From assembly GCA_965279035.1 (NCBI GenBank), contig OZ257142.1:416001-480000 (forward strand): a DNA stretch of 64,000 nt, written 5' to 3'. Position numbers and translations under genes: made by a program. The notes beneath the pieces are model-generated. The model did not search any database. It was given only the letters and a program-made list of their open reading frames with translations, and was not told where the DNA came from. Source of the stretch: Bacteroidia bacterium. GTDB lineage: Bacteria > Bacteroidota > Bacteroidia > M30B66. Shown in pieces: positions 1 to 10,538 of this stretch; the first letter of the stretch is position 1; every line of letters starts with the position of its first letter.

Positions 1-1065
1 TTGGGTACTTATCCAATTACTCCAGCCTCGGATATTTTGCACGAATTATCGAAGCATAAAAACTTTGGCGTGCGCACCTTCCAGGCAGAAGATGAAATTG
101 CTGCTATTACTTCGGCTATTGGAGCTGCGTTTGGCGGATCATTAGCTGTTACTACCTCTTCGGGACCAGGCATTGCCTTGAAAACCGAAGCGATGGGATT
201 GGCCATTATGCTTGAATTGCCTTTGGTTGTTATCAATGTGCAACGTGGCGGACCATCTACCGGATTGCCTACGAAAACAGAGCAAGCCGATTTATTACAA
301 GCCGTTTATGGTAGAAATGGCGAAGCGCCGATGCCAGTCATTGCTGCTCAAACACCTTCGGATTGTTTTTATGCGGTGTATGAAGCCTGTCGTATTGCGG
401 TGGAGCATAGCACGCCTGTGTTTTTCTTAAGTGATGGATATCTAGCCAATGGTGCTGAGCCTTGGAAGTTTCCATCTTCGGCTGATTTACCAAGCATTAC
501 GGCACATTTTGCCACAGAAGAAGATCGCATTGAAGGAAAATTTTTGCCTTATAAACGCGATGAAAAACTTGCTCGTAAATGGGCGGTTCCGGGCGTGAAA
601 GGTTTAGAGCATCGCATTGGTGGTTTGGAGAAAGAGAACGAAACCGGAAACATCAGTTACGATCCCGATAACCACGAGTTTATGGTGAAGCTGCGTGCCG
701 AAAAGGTGAATCGCATAGCCGATACCATTCCTTTGCAAACACTCGACAATGGTCCTGAAAAAGGAAAACTCCTGATTGTTGGCTGGGGCTCGACGTATGG
801 CTCAATCAAAACGGCGGTTAAACGTGCGTTGGAAGAAGGCTATTCGGTTGCTCATGCGCATGTACGTTACATTCATCCGTTTCCTAAAAACTTAGGTGAG
901 TTGATGAAGAATTATGACCATGTGTTGGTGCCTGAAATGAACAACGGACAATTGGTTCGTTTACTGCGCGACAAATACCTCGTTCCTGCCGAAGGGCTGA
1001 ATAAAATCAAGGGTATTCCATTTACATCGGAAGAACTCTATATCAAAATCACAACTCTTGCCTGA
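1..1065 (+). CDS. korA: 2-oxoacid:ferredoxin/acceptor oxidoreductase alpha subunit (5'-truncated by window edge)
   Basis: [20 protein letters not shown] and [12 protein letters not shown] motifs; adjacent beta subunit. Confidence 0.95.
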   Translation: MGTYPITPASDILHELSKHKNFGVRTFQAEDEIAAITSAIGAAFGGSLAVTTSSGPGIALKTEAMGLAIMLELPLVVINVQRGGPSTGLPTKTEQADLLQAVYGRNGEAPMPVIAAQTPSDCFYAVYEACRIAVEHSTPVFFLSDGYLANGAEPWKFPSSADLPSITAHFATEEDRIEGKFLPYKRDEKLARKWAVPGVKGLEHRIGGLEKENETGNISYDPDNHEFMVKLRAEKVNRIADTIPLQTLDNGPEKGKLLIVGWGSTYGSIKTAVKRALEEGYSVAHAHVRYIHPFPKNLGELMKNYDHVLVPEMNNGQLVRLLRDKYLVPAEGLNKIKGIPFTSEELYIKITTLA

Positions 1066-1066
1066 T

Positions 1067-2107
1067 ATGAGCACGCTCATTAACGATAGCATTCCCGCGG
1101 CATTTACCGCAAAAGATTTAGTGACCGATCAGGACGTACGTTGGTGTCCGGGTTGTGGCGATTATTCTATTTTGAAGCAGGTACAAACCGTACTTCCAGA
1201 ATTAGGATTGAAGCGCGAAGAAATTGTTTTCATCTCCGGAATTGGTTGTTCCTCGCGTTTTCCGTATTACATGGAAACGTATGGTATGCACTCCATTCAC
1301 GGACGTGCTACTGCCATTGCTTCGGGTTTGAAAGCAACACGCCCCGATTTAAGTGTGTGGATTATTACTGGTGATGGCGATTCGCTTTCGATTGGAGGAA
1401 ATCACTTCATTCACTTGCTACGCCGCAATTTTGATGTGAATATATTGTTGTTTAACAACGAGATTTACGGCTTAACGAAAGGTCAATATTCTCCGACGTC
1501 GGAATTAGGAAAAGTGACCAAATCCACCCCAATGGGTTCGGTGGATCATCCATTCAATCCATTAGCATTGGTGATGGGCGCAGATGGAACTTTTGTAGCT
1601 CGTTCAATGGATCGCGATCCGATTCACATGCGAACAATTCTCAAGCGTGCACATGCTCACACCGGAACTTCCTTGGTGGAGATTTACCAAAACTGTAATG
1701 TGTTTAACGATGGCGCGTTTGAAGTCTATACCGAGAAATCGAGCAAGGCAGATGAAACCTTAATGGTTGAACACGGACAACCACTCATTTTTGGAGCACA
1801 AAAAGACAAGGGTATTTTACTCGATGGCTTTACACCGCGTGTAGTTTCCTTGAATGAAGTTTCGGCAAACGACCTTTGGATTCACGATGAGCACAACCGT
1901 GCAAAAGCCAATTTGCTCGTGCGTTTCTTTGATGACGCAACGGTAGAAGGCCATTTCCCTCGTCCATTTGGTGTGTTTTATTCGGAAGCGCGTTTTACAT
2001 ACGAGCAAGCGTTTAACCAGCAAATAGAAGACATCATTGCAAGCAAAGGCGCTGGCGATTTAGATAAATTGCTTCGTGGCCCAAGTGTTTGGGAGGTGAA
2101 GGGATAG
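1067..2107 (+). CDS. korB: 2-oxoacid:ferredoxin oxidoreductase beta subunit (TPP-binding)
   Basis: [23 protein letters not shown]...NN TPP motif, YGLTKGQ; ATG at 1067 lies 1 nt after the korA stop (ORF track starts at TTG 1058). Confidence 0.95.
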   Translation: MSTLINDSIPAAFTAKDLVTDQDVRWCPGCGDYSILKQVQTVLPELGLKREEIVFISGIGCSSRFPYYMETYGMHSIHGRATAIASGLKATRPDLSVWIITGDGDSLSIGGNHFIHLLRRNFDVNILLFNNEIYGLTKGQYSPTSELGKVTKSTPMGSVDHPFNPLALVMGADGTFVARSMDRDPIHMRTILKRAHAHTGTSLVEIYQNCNVFNDGAFEVYTEKSSKADETLMVEHGQPLIFGAQKDKGILLDGFTPRVVSLNEVSANDLWIHDEHNRAKANLLVRFFDDATVEGHFPRPFGVFYSEARFTYEQAFNQQIEDIIASKGAGDLDKLLRGPSVWEVKG

Positions 2108-2131
2108 AAATATAAGTTTTATAAAACCGGA

Positions 2132-2172
2132 AAGGGGATTTTGCACGCTAGATAAGCGGGTAAAGTCCCCTT
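2132..2172 (+). terminator. Stem-loop downstream of korB, probable intrinsic terminator
   Basis: AAGGGGATTTTGCACGCT-agata-AGCGGGTAAAGTCCCCTT inverted repeat with G-U pairs and one mismatch; U-tail is weak. Confidence 0.55.
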
Positions 2173-2255
2173 GATGCTTTAAGAGAATGAATTATATTTA
2201 CAATTGAATAGTGATTATACGTTAATTTGATAAAATAGGTAAAGATTGTTAAGCA

Positions 2256-2792
2256 ATGATAGGTTTCCGACTCTTCTTATTCATCATGACAGCAGCAGTT
2301 TTTGTATCGCAAGGATGTAAATCGGAGGATGAAAAGACGCTTGTCGCTGAGGTACCTTTCTGGAAAAAAGTTCAGGGAAATTATACTGTGACGGATCTCG
2401 GGACTATGGTTCAATATCAAATGTCCATTGAAATTATAACTGATACGACGTTCTTACCTTCTTCTCAAATGGAAATCAACGATACTATTATTTTGAGAAA
2501 CTTCAATAATCAGTTTCCTATTTTAAAGTCGAGTTATAGGACTTGCAAGTCTGCTACTAATGAAAACGGTTTATGTATAGCAAGTGACTATGGAATTCGT
2601 GACTATGCTAATAATCGATGGGTAGTTGTGACTTACGACGATCCAGCTACCACGGTTGAAGAAATGATATGGAAAAATGGCGAAATCACTTTAAATTTCC
2701 ATATGTTTAATACACTTTGGTGGCTACCAGATGGAACAACGTATCACGATACTTTGATTAAACAAAGGGCAGTAAGAATAGGAAATTTGTAA
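2256..2792 (+). CDS. Hypothetical lipoprotein
   Basis: 178-aa ORF; hydrophobic N-terminus ending in SQGC lipobox followed by K/E/D-rich residues. Confidence 0.7.
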   Translation: MIGFRLFLFIMTAAVFVSQGCKSEDEKTLVAEVPFWKKVQGNYTVTDLGTMVQYQMSIEIITDTTFLPSSQMEINDTIILRNFNNQFPILKSSYRTCKSATNENGLCIASDYGIRDYANNRWVVVTYDDPATTVEEMIWKNGEITLNFHMFNTLWWLPDGTTYHDTLIKQRAVRIGNL

Positions 2793-2924
2793 AAGTAACT
2801 TGACGAAAGAGATTTCTAGAATCTTTTAAAAATCAGATGTCTTGTATTGAGAAAATCAATTGTATTAAAACAAGAAACACTAAGTATTTTCAAACCAGCG
2901 AAATTCTAGTTTATACTTCTGATT

Positions 2925-3596
2925 ATGAAAACAACATTGAAATTATTCTTGTATCTAATCGCCTTTTTGATGGGTTCGGAACAGGCATTTGGCTCTGATT
3001 CGTTATCGCATAACAGGAAGAATACACTTTACTTGATGCCATCCAGTATTGATGGAGATATGTGGTTCGATTTAAATCAATCCTGGCTTGAACTCGGTTA
3101 TACTAAACAAGTCACGAATACACAGTTTTTAGGTGTTCGAGTTGGAAACATTATTCATTCAAAAAGCACTAGCGCGGGGCTTTTAAATGAAATCAGTTCG
3201 GGAAAATCTACCGGAATTAATTTCAATCTGGAGCATAAAATTCTTTTAAGAAAGAAGCTTTATTATTCTAGCAATTTCTTTTTTCAAGAAACGAGTACAA
3301 ATAGGACGGAGATGATAGATAAGGGTGAGATAAATTATCAATCAAATACGTATTTAGTTAAGCGAAATGTATATGCTCTCATACCCAAAATTGGATTTGT
3401 CTTTTTGAATAAGAAGCATTTTTATATAGATATCGGAGCTGGGATTGGTGCGCAGTTAATTTCTAGCAAAGCCGCAAATAAATTCACTGTGAACAGCAAT
3501 CTTGAACGAGAAAATTTATCCGGAAAAGTGTTTGATTCAGGGCAAAAAATAGCCGGTCGATTTACTTTGCAAATTCAACTAGGTTATTCGTTTTAA
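2925..3596 (+). CDS. Hypothetical outer-membrane beta-barrel-like protein (DUF3575-like)
   Basis: Signal peptide (QAFG), alternating beta-strand pattern, IDIGAGIG segment, C-terminal QLGYSF aromatic ending. Confidence 0.6.
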   Translation: MKTTLKLFLYLIAFLMGSEQAFGSDSLSHNRKNTLYLMPSSIDGDMWFDLNQSWLELGYTKQVTNTQFLGVRVGNIIHSKSTSAGLLNEISSGKSTGINFNLEHKILLRKKLYYSSNFFFQETSTNRTEMIDKGEINYQSNTYLVKRNVYALIPKIGFVFLNKKHFYIDIGAGIGAQLISSKAANKFTVNSNLERENLSGKVFDSGQKIAGRFTLQIQLGYSF

Positions 3597-3707
3597 TGAC
3601 TTAATAAATAGCTAATACAATTGCTTAAGTCAAACAATTCAATGAGTCTATAAAGGAATATTGTAAGTTAAATCACTAATTCGAATTCTTATAAATAATC
3701 TTCTTTT

Positions 3708-3950
3708 ATGAAATCAAAACTCACCATTTCAATAGAAAAAGAAATTCTAGAACGAGCTCAAACATTCTCCTTTAAAACGGAAAAAAGCCTTTCTGAGATG
3801 ATTGAAATTTATTTAGACACATTAACCAAAACAGACTATCATTTTGAACTTTCGTCTAAACTAAAATCTATTGATGGAGCTGTCCAGCTTCCGAGCGATT
3901 TTGAAATTCGAATAGGAATGCAATCATTAAAAAAGTTAAGAAATGGTTGA
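3708..3950 (+). CDS. DUF6364-like (RHH-type) putative antitoxin, orphan and possibly degenerate
   Basis: MKSKLTISIEKEILERA...SLSEMIEIYL...GAVQLPSDF pattern typical of Bacteroidota antitoxins that precede PIN toxins; no toxin follows. Confidence 0.6.
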   Translation: MKSKLTISIEKEILERAQTFSFKTEKSLSEMIEIYLDTLTKTDYHFELSSKLKSIDGAVQLPSDFEIRIGMQSLKKLRNG

Positions 3951-3958
3951 AAATACAC

Positions 3959-4615
3959 TCAAATCACCATCTCCGGCACTTCGCCATCAACCACCAATTT
4001 GCCGGCGGTTGCTTTAATAATTTCTTCTACCGAAACACCGGGAGCGCGTTCGAGCAAGCGGAAACCTCCTTCGGGAAGTACATCGAGTACAGCTAGTTCG
4101 GTGACAATTTTCTTCACGCAACGAATGCCTGTGAGCGGTAATTCACATGCAGGAAGTAGCTTCGATTCGCCCGCTTTGTTTACGTGCTGCATGGCTACAA
4201 TGATGTTCTTGGCTGAAGCAACTAAATCCATAGCGCCGCCCATTCCTTTCACCATTTTACCAGGAATCTTCCAATTCGCGATATCACCATTTTCGGAAAC
4301 TTCCATGGCGCCTAAAATGGTTAAGTCCACTTTGCCAGCGCGAATCATCCCAAACGACAATGCTGAATCGAAAAAGGAGGAACCATCAACTGTTGTAATG
4401 GTTTGCTTTCCAGCATTAATCAAATCGGGATCTTCTTCACCATCAAACGGAAATGGTCCAATGCCCAACAAGCCGTTTTCGCTTTGCAGCACTACGTTCA
4501 TGCCTTGTGGAATGTAGTTGGCCACTAAAGTTGGAATTCCAATTCCAAGGTTTACATAGTATCCGTCTTTGATTTCGCGTGCAATGCGTTTGGCAATTCC
4601 GTTTTTATCGAGCAT
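3959..4615 (-). CDS. scoB: 3-oxoacid CoA-transferase subunit B
   Basis: VNLGIGIPT, QSENG active-site Glu motif, GMGGAMDL. Confidence 0.95.
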   Translation of the reverse strand: MLDKNGIAKRIAREIKDGYYVNLGIGIPTLVANYIPQGMNVVLQSENGLLGIGPFPFDGEEDPDLINAGKQTITTVDGSSFFDSALSFGMIRAGKVDLTILGAMEVSENGDIANWKIPGKMVKGMGGAMDLVASAKNIIVAMQHVNKAGESKLLPACELPLTGIRCVKKIVTELAVLDVLPEGGFRLLERAPGVSVEEIIKATAGKLVVDGEVPEMVI

Positions 4616-4620
4616 GTTGT

Positions 4621-6462
4621 TTAATCCTTGCGTTCGTAAGCGACTACGTGCAGCGCATCCACTTTAACGGGTTGCGGTATCTGTTCACGTAGCCAAAAAT
4701 AGACATTTAGCTGGTCGTCTGTATTGCGTATTACAGGCGATAAATAATCGGTTTCGATGGTGTTCCATTGTCCGGGCAGCAATCCGGTTTTCTTGTCTAA
4801 ATCCACACCCACCCAGCGATAGGCTTTTTTGTTATGGTTAAACATCATCACTAAACTCAATGGAATACGTGTGTTGGTATCGGCAATAAAAACGCGTCCG
4901 CTGATGTGCAACCACACATGGTCTTTCTTGCTTAAACCGCTGTATGGCATTGTAATTCCCGGACTAAATTGATGGCTGCTGTCCATCGTGTAGGAGAATT
5001 TTCCTTCGTCGGCTAGGGAATCTTCCGCCAAGCCTTCCTCATGCTCAAACGACTCCAACAATTCCACTGTTTTATGATAATCACCTTTATTGTTGAATGG
5101 TTGATTTTGATCGTTATCCATCACGAGCAAGCTTTCGAAATCCGCTATCGGATGTGTTTTCCCTAATCCAGCCGACCAAGCGGCAAAGGTCATTCGGGAA
5201 GGATGGATGATGCCTTTATCGAACTGCCAAGCTTGAAACAAATTGAGCAACACACAGCCTGCAATTCCAGCTATGACCATGCTCTTTTTCCAAGAGGAAT
5301 TCTGAAATGCTTGAGAAAGTAGAGCAGCTAATGGAAGTGCCATGAGCGGATAGCTGTCCATCAATGCCCGTTGACTAAAACTTCCTGCATACCACCAACA
5401 AGTCCAGCTAGAAACGATGTAGAGATTGAGCAGAAAGAATAGAATAGCAGCAGGGAAGATTTTAGGAGTTTGTTTACGTAATGCCCAAAATCCGAATACA
5501 GCAAACAGCATCAAGGGCGTGTAAATGAACCAGCCTTTTCGGAAGCTAAACAGCACTTGTAACGTGTAAGGCGTGAGGAAATCGAGTCCTTCGCCGGGAT
5601 TATCGTAAGAATAATAGAGCCAATCGCCACTAATGCGTTTCCAGTAAAGCAGTTGCGGAAAGCCAGCAATGAATGTTGCTATTACCAGCAAGATTAAATG
5701 CACTCGATATTGGCTCCAAACGTTCGTTATTTTGGACTTAAGAGCAGAAAATCCATCTACATTCCACAGAAGGGGCAACAATCCAAATACCAGGTTGCTT
5801 GGACGAATAAGTGCTGCAAAACCGATGATAGCTCCGATAGCGACTGCAGTTTTTTTAGTAGGCAATTCATGCCAGCGGATGGTTTGCCAGAGCAATAGAG
5901 CTAGTAAGGTAAAGCCTGGACCATGCGTCATTCCAGGTGATTCGCCAATGAGTACGTAGTTCGTTCCAAATGCAATAAGGAGAATCGTGATGGCTGCAAT
6001 GTTGTCGGAGTGGAAGTTCAACAAGACTTTCCGCAGAAAAGGAAATCCTAAGAATACAACCAACAAATGGGTGAGAACCAATGCCATCTGATAAGGTTTT
6101 GAGAAACCATCGGCAGGATAACCTAGCGAAGGTGCTAATAGATGAGCAATGAAAAAACCGGGCGCATAAATAAAAGCCATTCCCGAGGAATACTTGATGA
6201 GCTGTTTCCCATCGGGACCTGGAACTAATTGGTAAAAGGTGCTGGTATTTTTATAGGTGGAGTTGATTTTCTCCATCCATTCCATATGCTCAAATCCTGG
6301 ATCGTTATATAGAAAATTAGCAGGGAGATAGAGGTAATAACCAAACACATCCCAGCTAATCGCATTGTTTTGCGGCTTGAGTATGGGATTTAATGCCAGC
6401 CACAATCCCACAATTAAGCAAGCAATTGTCGAGAGCGGATTTCGGTTAAACAGCTTTTTCAT
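4621..6462 (-). CDS. Multi-pass membrane protein, probable GT-C fold glycosyltransferase with periplasmic C-terminal domain
   Basis: WDVFGYYLYLP after TM1, many hydrophobic helices, LIRP and WWYAGSFSQR motifs, soluble C-terminal domain. Confidence 0.65.
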   Translation of the reverse strand: MKKLFNRNPLSTIACLIVGLWLALNPILKPQNNAISWDVFGYYLYLPANFLYNDPGFEHMEWMEKINSTYKNTSTFYQLVPGPDGKQLIKYSSGMAFIYAPGFFIAHLLAPSLGYPADGFSKPYQMALVLTHLLVVFLGFPFLRKVLLNFHSDNIAAITILLIAFGTNYVLIGESPGMTHGPGFTLLALLLWQTIRWHELPTKKTAVAIGAIIGFAALIRPSNLVFGLLPLLWNVDGFSALKSKITNVWSQYRVHLILLVIATFIAGFPQLLYWKRISGDWLYYSYDNPGEGLDFLTPYTLQVLFSFRKGWFIYTPLMLFAVFGFWALRKQTPKIFPAAILFFLLNLYIVSSWTCWWYAGSFSQRALMDSYPLMALPLAALLSQAFQNSSWKKSMVIAGIAGCVLLNLFQAWQFDKGIIHPSRMTFAAWSAGLGKTHPIADFESLLVMDNDQNQPFNNKGDYHKTVELLESFEHEEGLAEDSLADEGKFSYTMDSSHQFSPGITMPYSGLSKKDHVWLHISGRVFIADTNTRIPLSLVMMFNHNKKAYRWVGVDLDKKTGLLPGQWNTIETDYLSPVIRNTDDQLNVYFWLREQIPQPVKVDALHVVAYERKD

Positions 6463-7163
6463 TAAGCGGTACGCGGACGAACGGTGCGTTGTTCAATACG
6501 TTTTTCGTAGCCTTCTCCTTGGAAAATGCGGTGAACATAAATGCCCGGAAGGTGAATGTGGTCCGGATCTAATGCTCCGGCAGGAACCAATTCTTCTACT
6601 TCCGCAATGGTGATTTTACCTGCCATCGCCACTAATGGATTGAAGTTGCGAGAAGTTTTACGGAAAATCAGGTTTCCATGCGTATCGCCTTTCCACGCTT
6701 TCACAATCGAATAATCAATATCGAATGCGTATTCCATCAAGTATTCTTTGTTGCCAAACACACGCGATTCTTTGCCAATAGCGACTTCTGTCCCAACTCC
6801 AGCAGGTGTGAAAATAGCAGGCATTCCGTATCCGGCAGCCATCAATCGAGTGGCTAAAGTGCCTTGAGGAACCAAATCAACTTCTAGCTCGCCGCTCAAT
6901 AATTGACGCTCAAACTCCGCATTCTCGCCCACATACGAAGAAATCATTTTCTTCACTTGACGCGATTGAAGCATTAATCCAATTCCAAAATCGTCGACTC
7001 CGGCATTGTTCGATATGCATGTTAGGCCTTTAACACCTTTGCGTATAAGTGCAGCAATAGAATTTTCGGGAATACCGCACAATCCAAATCCACCAAGACC
7101 AAGAATCATGTTGTCGGAAATGCCTTCAATGGCAGCATCTGCATTCGCTACTTGTTTATTCAT
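6462..7163 (-). CDS. scoA: 3-oxoacid CoA-transferase subunit A
   Basis: GGFGLCGIPEN, SNNAG, SSYVGEN, PQGTLA and RNFNP motifs. Confidence 0.95.
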   Translation of the reverse strand: MNKQVANADAAIEGISDNMILGLGGFGLCGIPENSIAALIRKGVKGLTCISNNAGVDDFGIGLMLQSRQVKKMISSYVGENAEFERQLLSGELEVDLVPQGTLATRLMAAGYGMPAIFTPAGVGTEVAIGKESRVFGNKEYLMEYAFDIDYSIVKAWKGDTHGNLIFRKTSRNFNPLVAMAGKITIAEVEELVPAGALDPDHIHLPGIYVHRIFQGEGYEKRIEQRTVRPRTA

Positions 7164-7166
7164 TGC

Positions 7167-9437
7167 TTAAAGATTGTCGAAGTTTTCGTCTTGATTTTGT
7201 TGTGTGGCGTTTTGCTTGTATTCGGCGCAATTGATTTCTACATCCAACTTAGCAGGACGTTCAAAATCGCCACGTGAAATTTTGATTTTAGGATCTTTAT
7301 ACACACGTTGCATGTACAATCCCCAAATAGGTAAGGCCATATTTGCTCCTTGTCCGAGAGCGGTTGACCGGAAATGCGCCGCACGATCTTCACAGCCTAC
7401 CCAAACGCCCGTTACCAATTCGGGAGTTAAGCCCATAAACCAACCATCGGAATTGTTCTGTGTGGTACCGGTCTTACCGGCAATTGGATTTGTTAATCCG
7501 TAGCGTCCTCGTAAGCGTGTTGCTGTACCGCCTTCTACTACGCCTTTCATCAGCTCAATAACCAGATATGCCGTTTGTTCGTTCATAGCTTCGTCGGTTT
7601 GAGGGACGAAACTTTCGAGCACGTTTCCGTTTTTGTCTTCGATGCGGGTAATCCAAGTTGGCTCAATGTATACGCCCTTGTTTACGAAAGTGCTCATCGC
7701 TCCAACCATTTCGTAAACCGAAATATCGGCAGTTCCTAAGCAGATAGAAGGCACGGCGTCGATTGGACTTTTGATACCCATTCGTCGCACCATTTTGATA
7801 ACCGGTTGTACACCAAATTGCTTGATGAGGTAGGCTGAAACGCGGTTGATGGAGTAGGCTAGGGCAGAGCGCAAAGGAACCATAGCTCCTTCGAATTCCT
7901 TGCTTGAATTATCGGGACACCAAGGACCAGAAACAGTTGGGATACAGATGGGAATATTAGGAACTTGAGTACAAGGAGACCATCCTTCTTGCATGGCAAT
8001 GGCGTAAACAAAGGGTTTGAACGTAGATCCAACTTGGCGTTTTCCACTATAGACGTGGTCGTATTGGAAATACTTCTGATTGATTCCTCCTACCCAAGCT
8101 CGAACGTAACCGGTTTGAGGTTCTACCGACATCATTCCGGTTTGCAAAAAGAATTTGTGGTAGCGCACCGAATCCCAAGGCGACATAGTAACAGTAGAAT
8201 CGCCGTTCCAAGTAAAAATTTTCATCTTCACTTTGGTTTTGAATGCTTTTTCAATTTCAGCTTCGCTAGCACCTTCGTCTTTCATTCTGCGATAACGATC
8301 GCTTCGAGTCATACCCTGTCGGATAATCATTTTCGCCTTGGCTTCAGTAATATTATAGAAAGGAGCGGCTTTCATGCCTTTCCAGTGATTGAAAAATTCT
8401 TTTTGAAGTGACCGAAGATGTTCTTTTACCGCAGCTTCGGCATGCAGCTGCATACGCGAATTGATAGTAGTATAAATCTTGAGTCCGTCTTTGTAGAGAT
8501 TGTAATTGGTTCCGTCGGGCTTTTTATTCTTTTTGCACCAAACAGTCATTTGTTCTCGTAAAAATTCACGGAAATAAGTTCCAGAACCAGCAGTATGGCT
8601 TTCTGCCTGAAACTTAGACAGGTCGATAGGAAGAACTTTAAGAGAATCGTATGCTTCTTGACTCAGCTTTCCATAACGAACCATTTGATACATCACCACA
8701 TTCCGTCGTGTAAGCGAGCGTTCGTAATTACGAATAGGATTGTAATATGTAGGGCCTTTTAAAACACCAATGAGCGTTGCTGCATCTTGAATGCGAAGAG
8801 AATCGGTAGGAGTATCGAAAAACGTGTGGGCGGCGCTTTTCACTCCAAAAGCCTGATTACCAAAATCAACTGTATTAAGGTAAAGGGCAAGAATTTCTTC
8901 TTTAGTATAGTTGCGTTCGAGCTTGGTAGCGATGATCCATTCTTTGATTTTGCGGAATACCACCTGAATCTTGTTGAGGTCTTCGCGCGGGAACATGTTT
9001 TTGGCGAGTTGTTGCGTGATAGTTGAACCTCCTCCAGAATCGGAATCACCACCAATTACTGTTCGAACTAAAACGCGAAATAATGCACGAAGATCAATGC
9101 CTGAATGGTCGTAAAAGCGAGCATCTTCGGTTGCTACAAGGGCATTTACAAGATTTGGTGAGAGTTCGGAATAATGAACGTTACTCCGATTTTCGATGTA
9201 AAATTTTCCAAGAGTTTCTTGATCGGAGGAAATAATTTCAGAAGCTAGATTTGATCTTGGATTTGCTAAGTCTTCGATGGTAGGAAGAGATCCAAATAAA
9301 CCAATAGAAGTTAGAAAAACAATGAGAAAAAGAAAGGCAATCGGGCCTAAAACAGCTATCCATATCCAACGAATATAACGGGGGATTCCGGTCTTTTTTC
9401 CTTTGGGTTTTCCGGGTGATTTTGGAGTTGTTGCCAT
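7167..9437 (-). CDS. mrcA: Class A penicillin-binding protein (PBP1A; transglycosylase + transpeptidase)
   Basis: ATEDARF, GGSTITQQLAKN, RKIKE, YLN glycosyltransferase motifs; STFK, SIN and KTG transpeptidase motifs. Confidence 0.93.
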   Translation of the reverse strand: MATTPKSPGKPKGKKTGIPRYIRWIWIAVLGPIAFLFLIVFLTSIGLFGSLPTIEDLANPRSNLASEIISSDQETLGKFYIENRSNVHYSELSPNLVNALVATEDARFYDHSGIDLRALFRVLVRTVIGGDSDSGGGSTITQQLAKNMFPREDLNKIQVVFRKIKEWIIATKLERNYTKEEILALYLNTVDFGNQAFGVKSAAHTFFDTPTDSLRIQDAATLIGVLKGPTYYNPIRNYERSLTRRNVVMYQMVRYGKLSQEAYDSLKVLPIDLSKFQAESHTAGSGTYFREFLREQMTVWCKKNKKPDGTNYNLYKDGLKIYTTINSRMQLHAEAAVKEHLRSLQKEFFNHWKGMKAAPFYNITEAKAKMIIRQGMTRSDRYRRMKDEGASEAEIEKAFKTKVKMKIFTWNGDSTVTMSPWDSVRYHKFFLQTGMMSVEPQTGYVRAWVGGINQKYFQYDHVYSGKRQVGSTFKPFVYAIAMQEGWSPCTQVPNIPICIPTVSGPWCPDNSSKEFEGAMVPLRSALAYSINRVSAYLIKQFGVQPVIKMVRRMGIKSPIDAVPSICLGTADISVYEMVGAMSTFVNKGVYIEPTWITRIEDKNGNVLESFVPQTDEAMNEQTAYLVIELMKGVVEGGTATRLRGRYGLTNPIAGKTGTTQNNSDGWFMGLTPELVTGVWVGCEDRAAHFRSTALGQGANMALPIWGLYMQRVYKDPKIKISRGDFERPAKLDVEINCAEYKQNATQQNQDENFDNL

Positions 9438-9478
9438 ATTCTGCGTAAATGTAAAAATAGAAAACGGCCTTTGTTATT

Positions 9479-9862
9479 TTACTTTTTCAAAAACAAGCGC
9501 ATTAAACTTATCGTTTCAACCAGTGTAAAAGCCAGATAATAAACTGCGTAAAGTATAATAAAGTGTACTGCGATTTTAGGAAATAGAAATCCTACAATCA
9601 GCATAATGAATAAATGAACGAACATTTTAAGTGCTTGAACACCCATAAATGCCGTCACAAAACGTTGAGGTCGACCTTCAATTGATCGAATGAGGAAGAA
9701 ATGAAGTGTGCAACTTAAAACAAAGAAAAAGGCAAGAGGCAGGTATCTAAAAGTGGGGTTTAAATTTAAGATTCCTTTAGATGCAAGAGTTCCAGCAATT
9801 GACGCACACAGAATGCTCAAGAAAAACGAAATCGAAACGTATCGTAAAAAACCTGCAGGCAT
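9479..9862 (-). CDS. Four-TM membrane protein, AtpI-like
   Basis: Four hydrophobic segments; coupled to the AtpZ-like gene by a TAATG overlap. Confidence 0.6.
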   Translation of the reverse strand: MPAGFLRYVSISFFLSILCASIAGTLASKGILNLNPTFRYLPLAFFFVLSCTLHFFLIRSIEGRPQRFVTAFMGVQALKMFVHLFIMLIVGFLFPKIAVHFIILYAVYYLAFTLVETISLMRLFLKK

Positions 9863-10092
9863 TATCGTTTTGGAAGTGAATTAAATAACCAGAACATAGC
9901 TGCAACAATTCCTAGGATTGCTCCAGTAAGTGTTAAAAGGGGATACTGAAAATGCAAAGTATGATCTAACCAGTTTCCAAGCCATGTAAGCACTAAAATG
10001 GCTCCCATCATTTGGATTCCTAAACCAGCATAGCGACCGTAATCGTTAAGCGGTTTTTTCTTGAAGAGGTCTTTTTTCGGATTGGGCTCCAT
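9862..10092 (-). CDS. AtpZ/AtpI family small membrane protein
   Basis: YAGLGIQM...WLGNWLD...GAILG two-TM pattern. Confidence 0.8.
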   Translation of the reverse strand: MEPNPKKDLFKKKPLNDYGRYAGLGIQMMGAILVLTWLGNWLDHTLHFQYPLLTLTGAILGIVAAMFWLFNSLPKR

Positions 10093-10471
10093 GCTTGGTG
10101 AAATCTTTTACGATACCACCCATGCTGCAAGCTCCGGTAAAATTAGCTCCCGGTTCAATTGCTAACTTGTTGGTGCTTATGTCGCCACTTAATTTTGCAG
10201 TAGCTTTTAAAGTAAGTTGCTCAGAAACAGTAACTTTTGCCTTAACTGTTCCAGAAATATCGGCATTTTGACAATTCAATTCTCCATCAATTAATCCGCT
10301 AGGACCAATAACAACTTTGCCTTTTGCTTGTAAATTTCCTTTGAGTGTACCATCAATACGAATATTACCATCGCAGATAATATCACCAGTAATCATTGTT
10401 CCAGACAAAATTTGATTTGTTCCGGAAACACTCAGTGTGTCAGAAGACTTAGAATCTTTGGAGTTGAACAT
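10046..10471 (-). CDS. Bactofilin (polymer-forming cytoskeletal protein)
   Basis: ITGDI..DGNIRIDG.LKGN, VVIG..G, ADISG, L.GDI...LAIEPGA.F.G beta-helix repeats. Confidence 0.92.
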   Translation of the reverse strand: MFNSKDSKSSDTLSVSGTNQILSGTMITGDIICDGNIRIDGTLKGNLQAKGKVVIGPSGLIDGELNCQNADISGTVKAKVTVSEQLTLKATAKLSGDISTNKLAIEPGANFTGACSMGGIVKDFTKHGAQSEKRPLQEKTA

Positions 10472-10497
10472 CTTCGGGGCTTTTTACTTTGGGGCTT

Positions 10498-10505
10498 CAA
10501 AGATA
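10498..10505 (-). promoter_or_regulatory. Bacteroidota sigma-A -7 element upstream of the bactofilin gene
   Basis: TATCTTTG on the minus strand (TAnnTTTG consensus), 26 nt before the ATG. Confidence 0.55.
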
Positions 10506-10538
10506 GAAAGAAATCTACAAGGAAGAAATCTATCGAAA

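Noticed and set aside
3999-4517. 172-aa plus-strand ORF
   Set aside because: Antisense shadow of the conserved scoB
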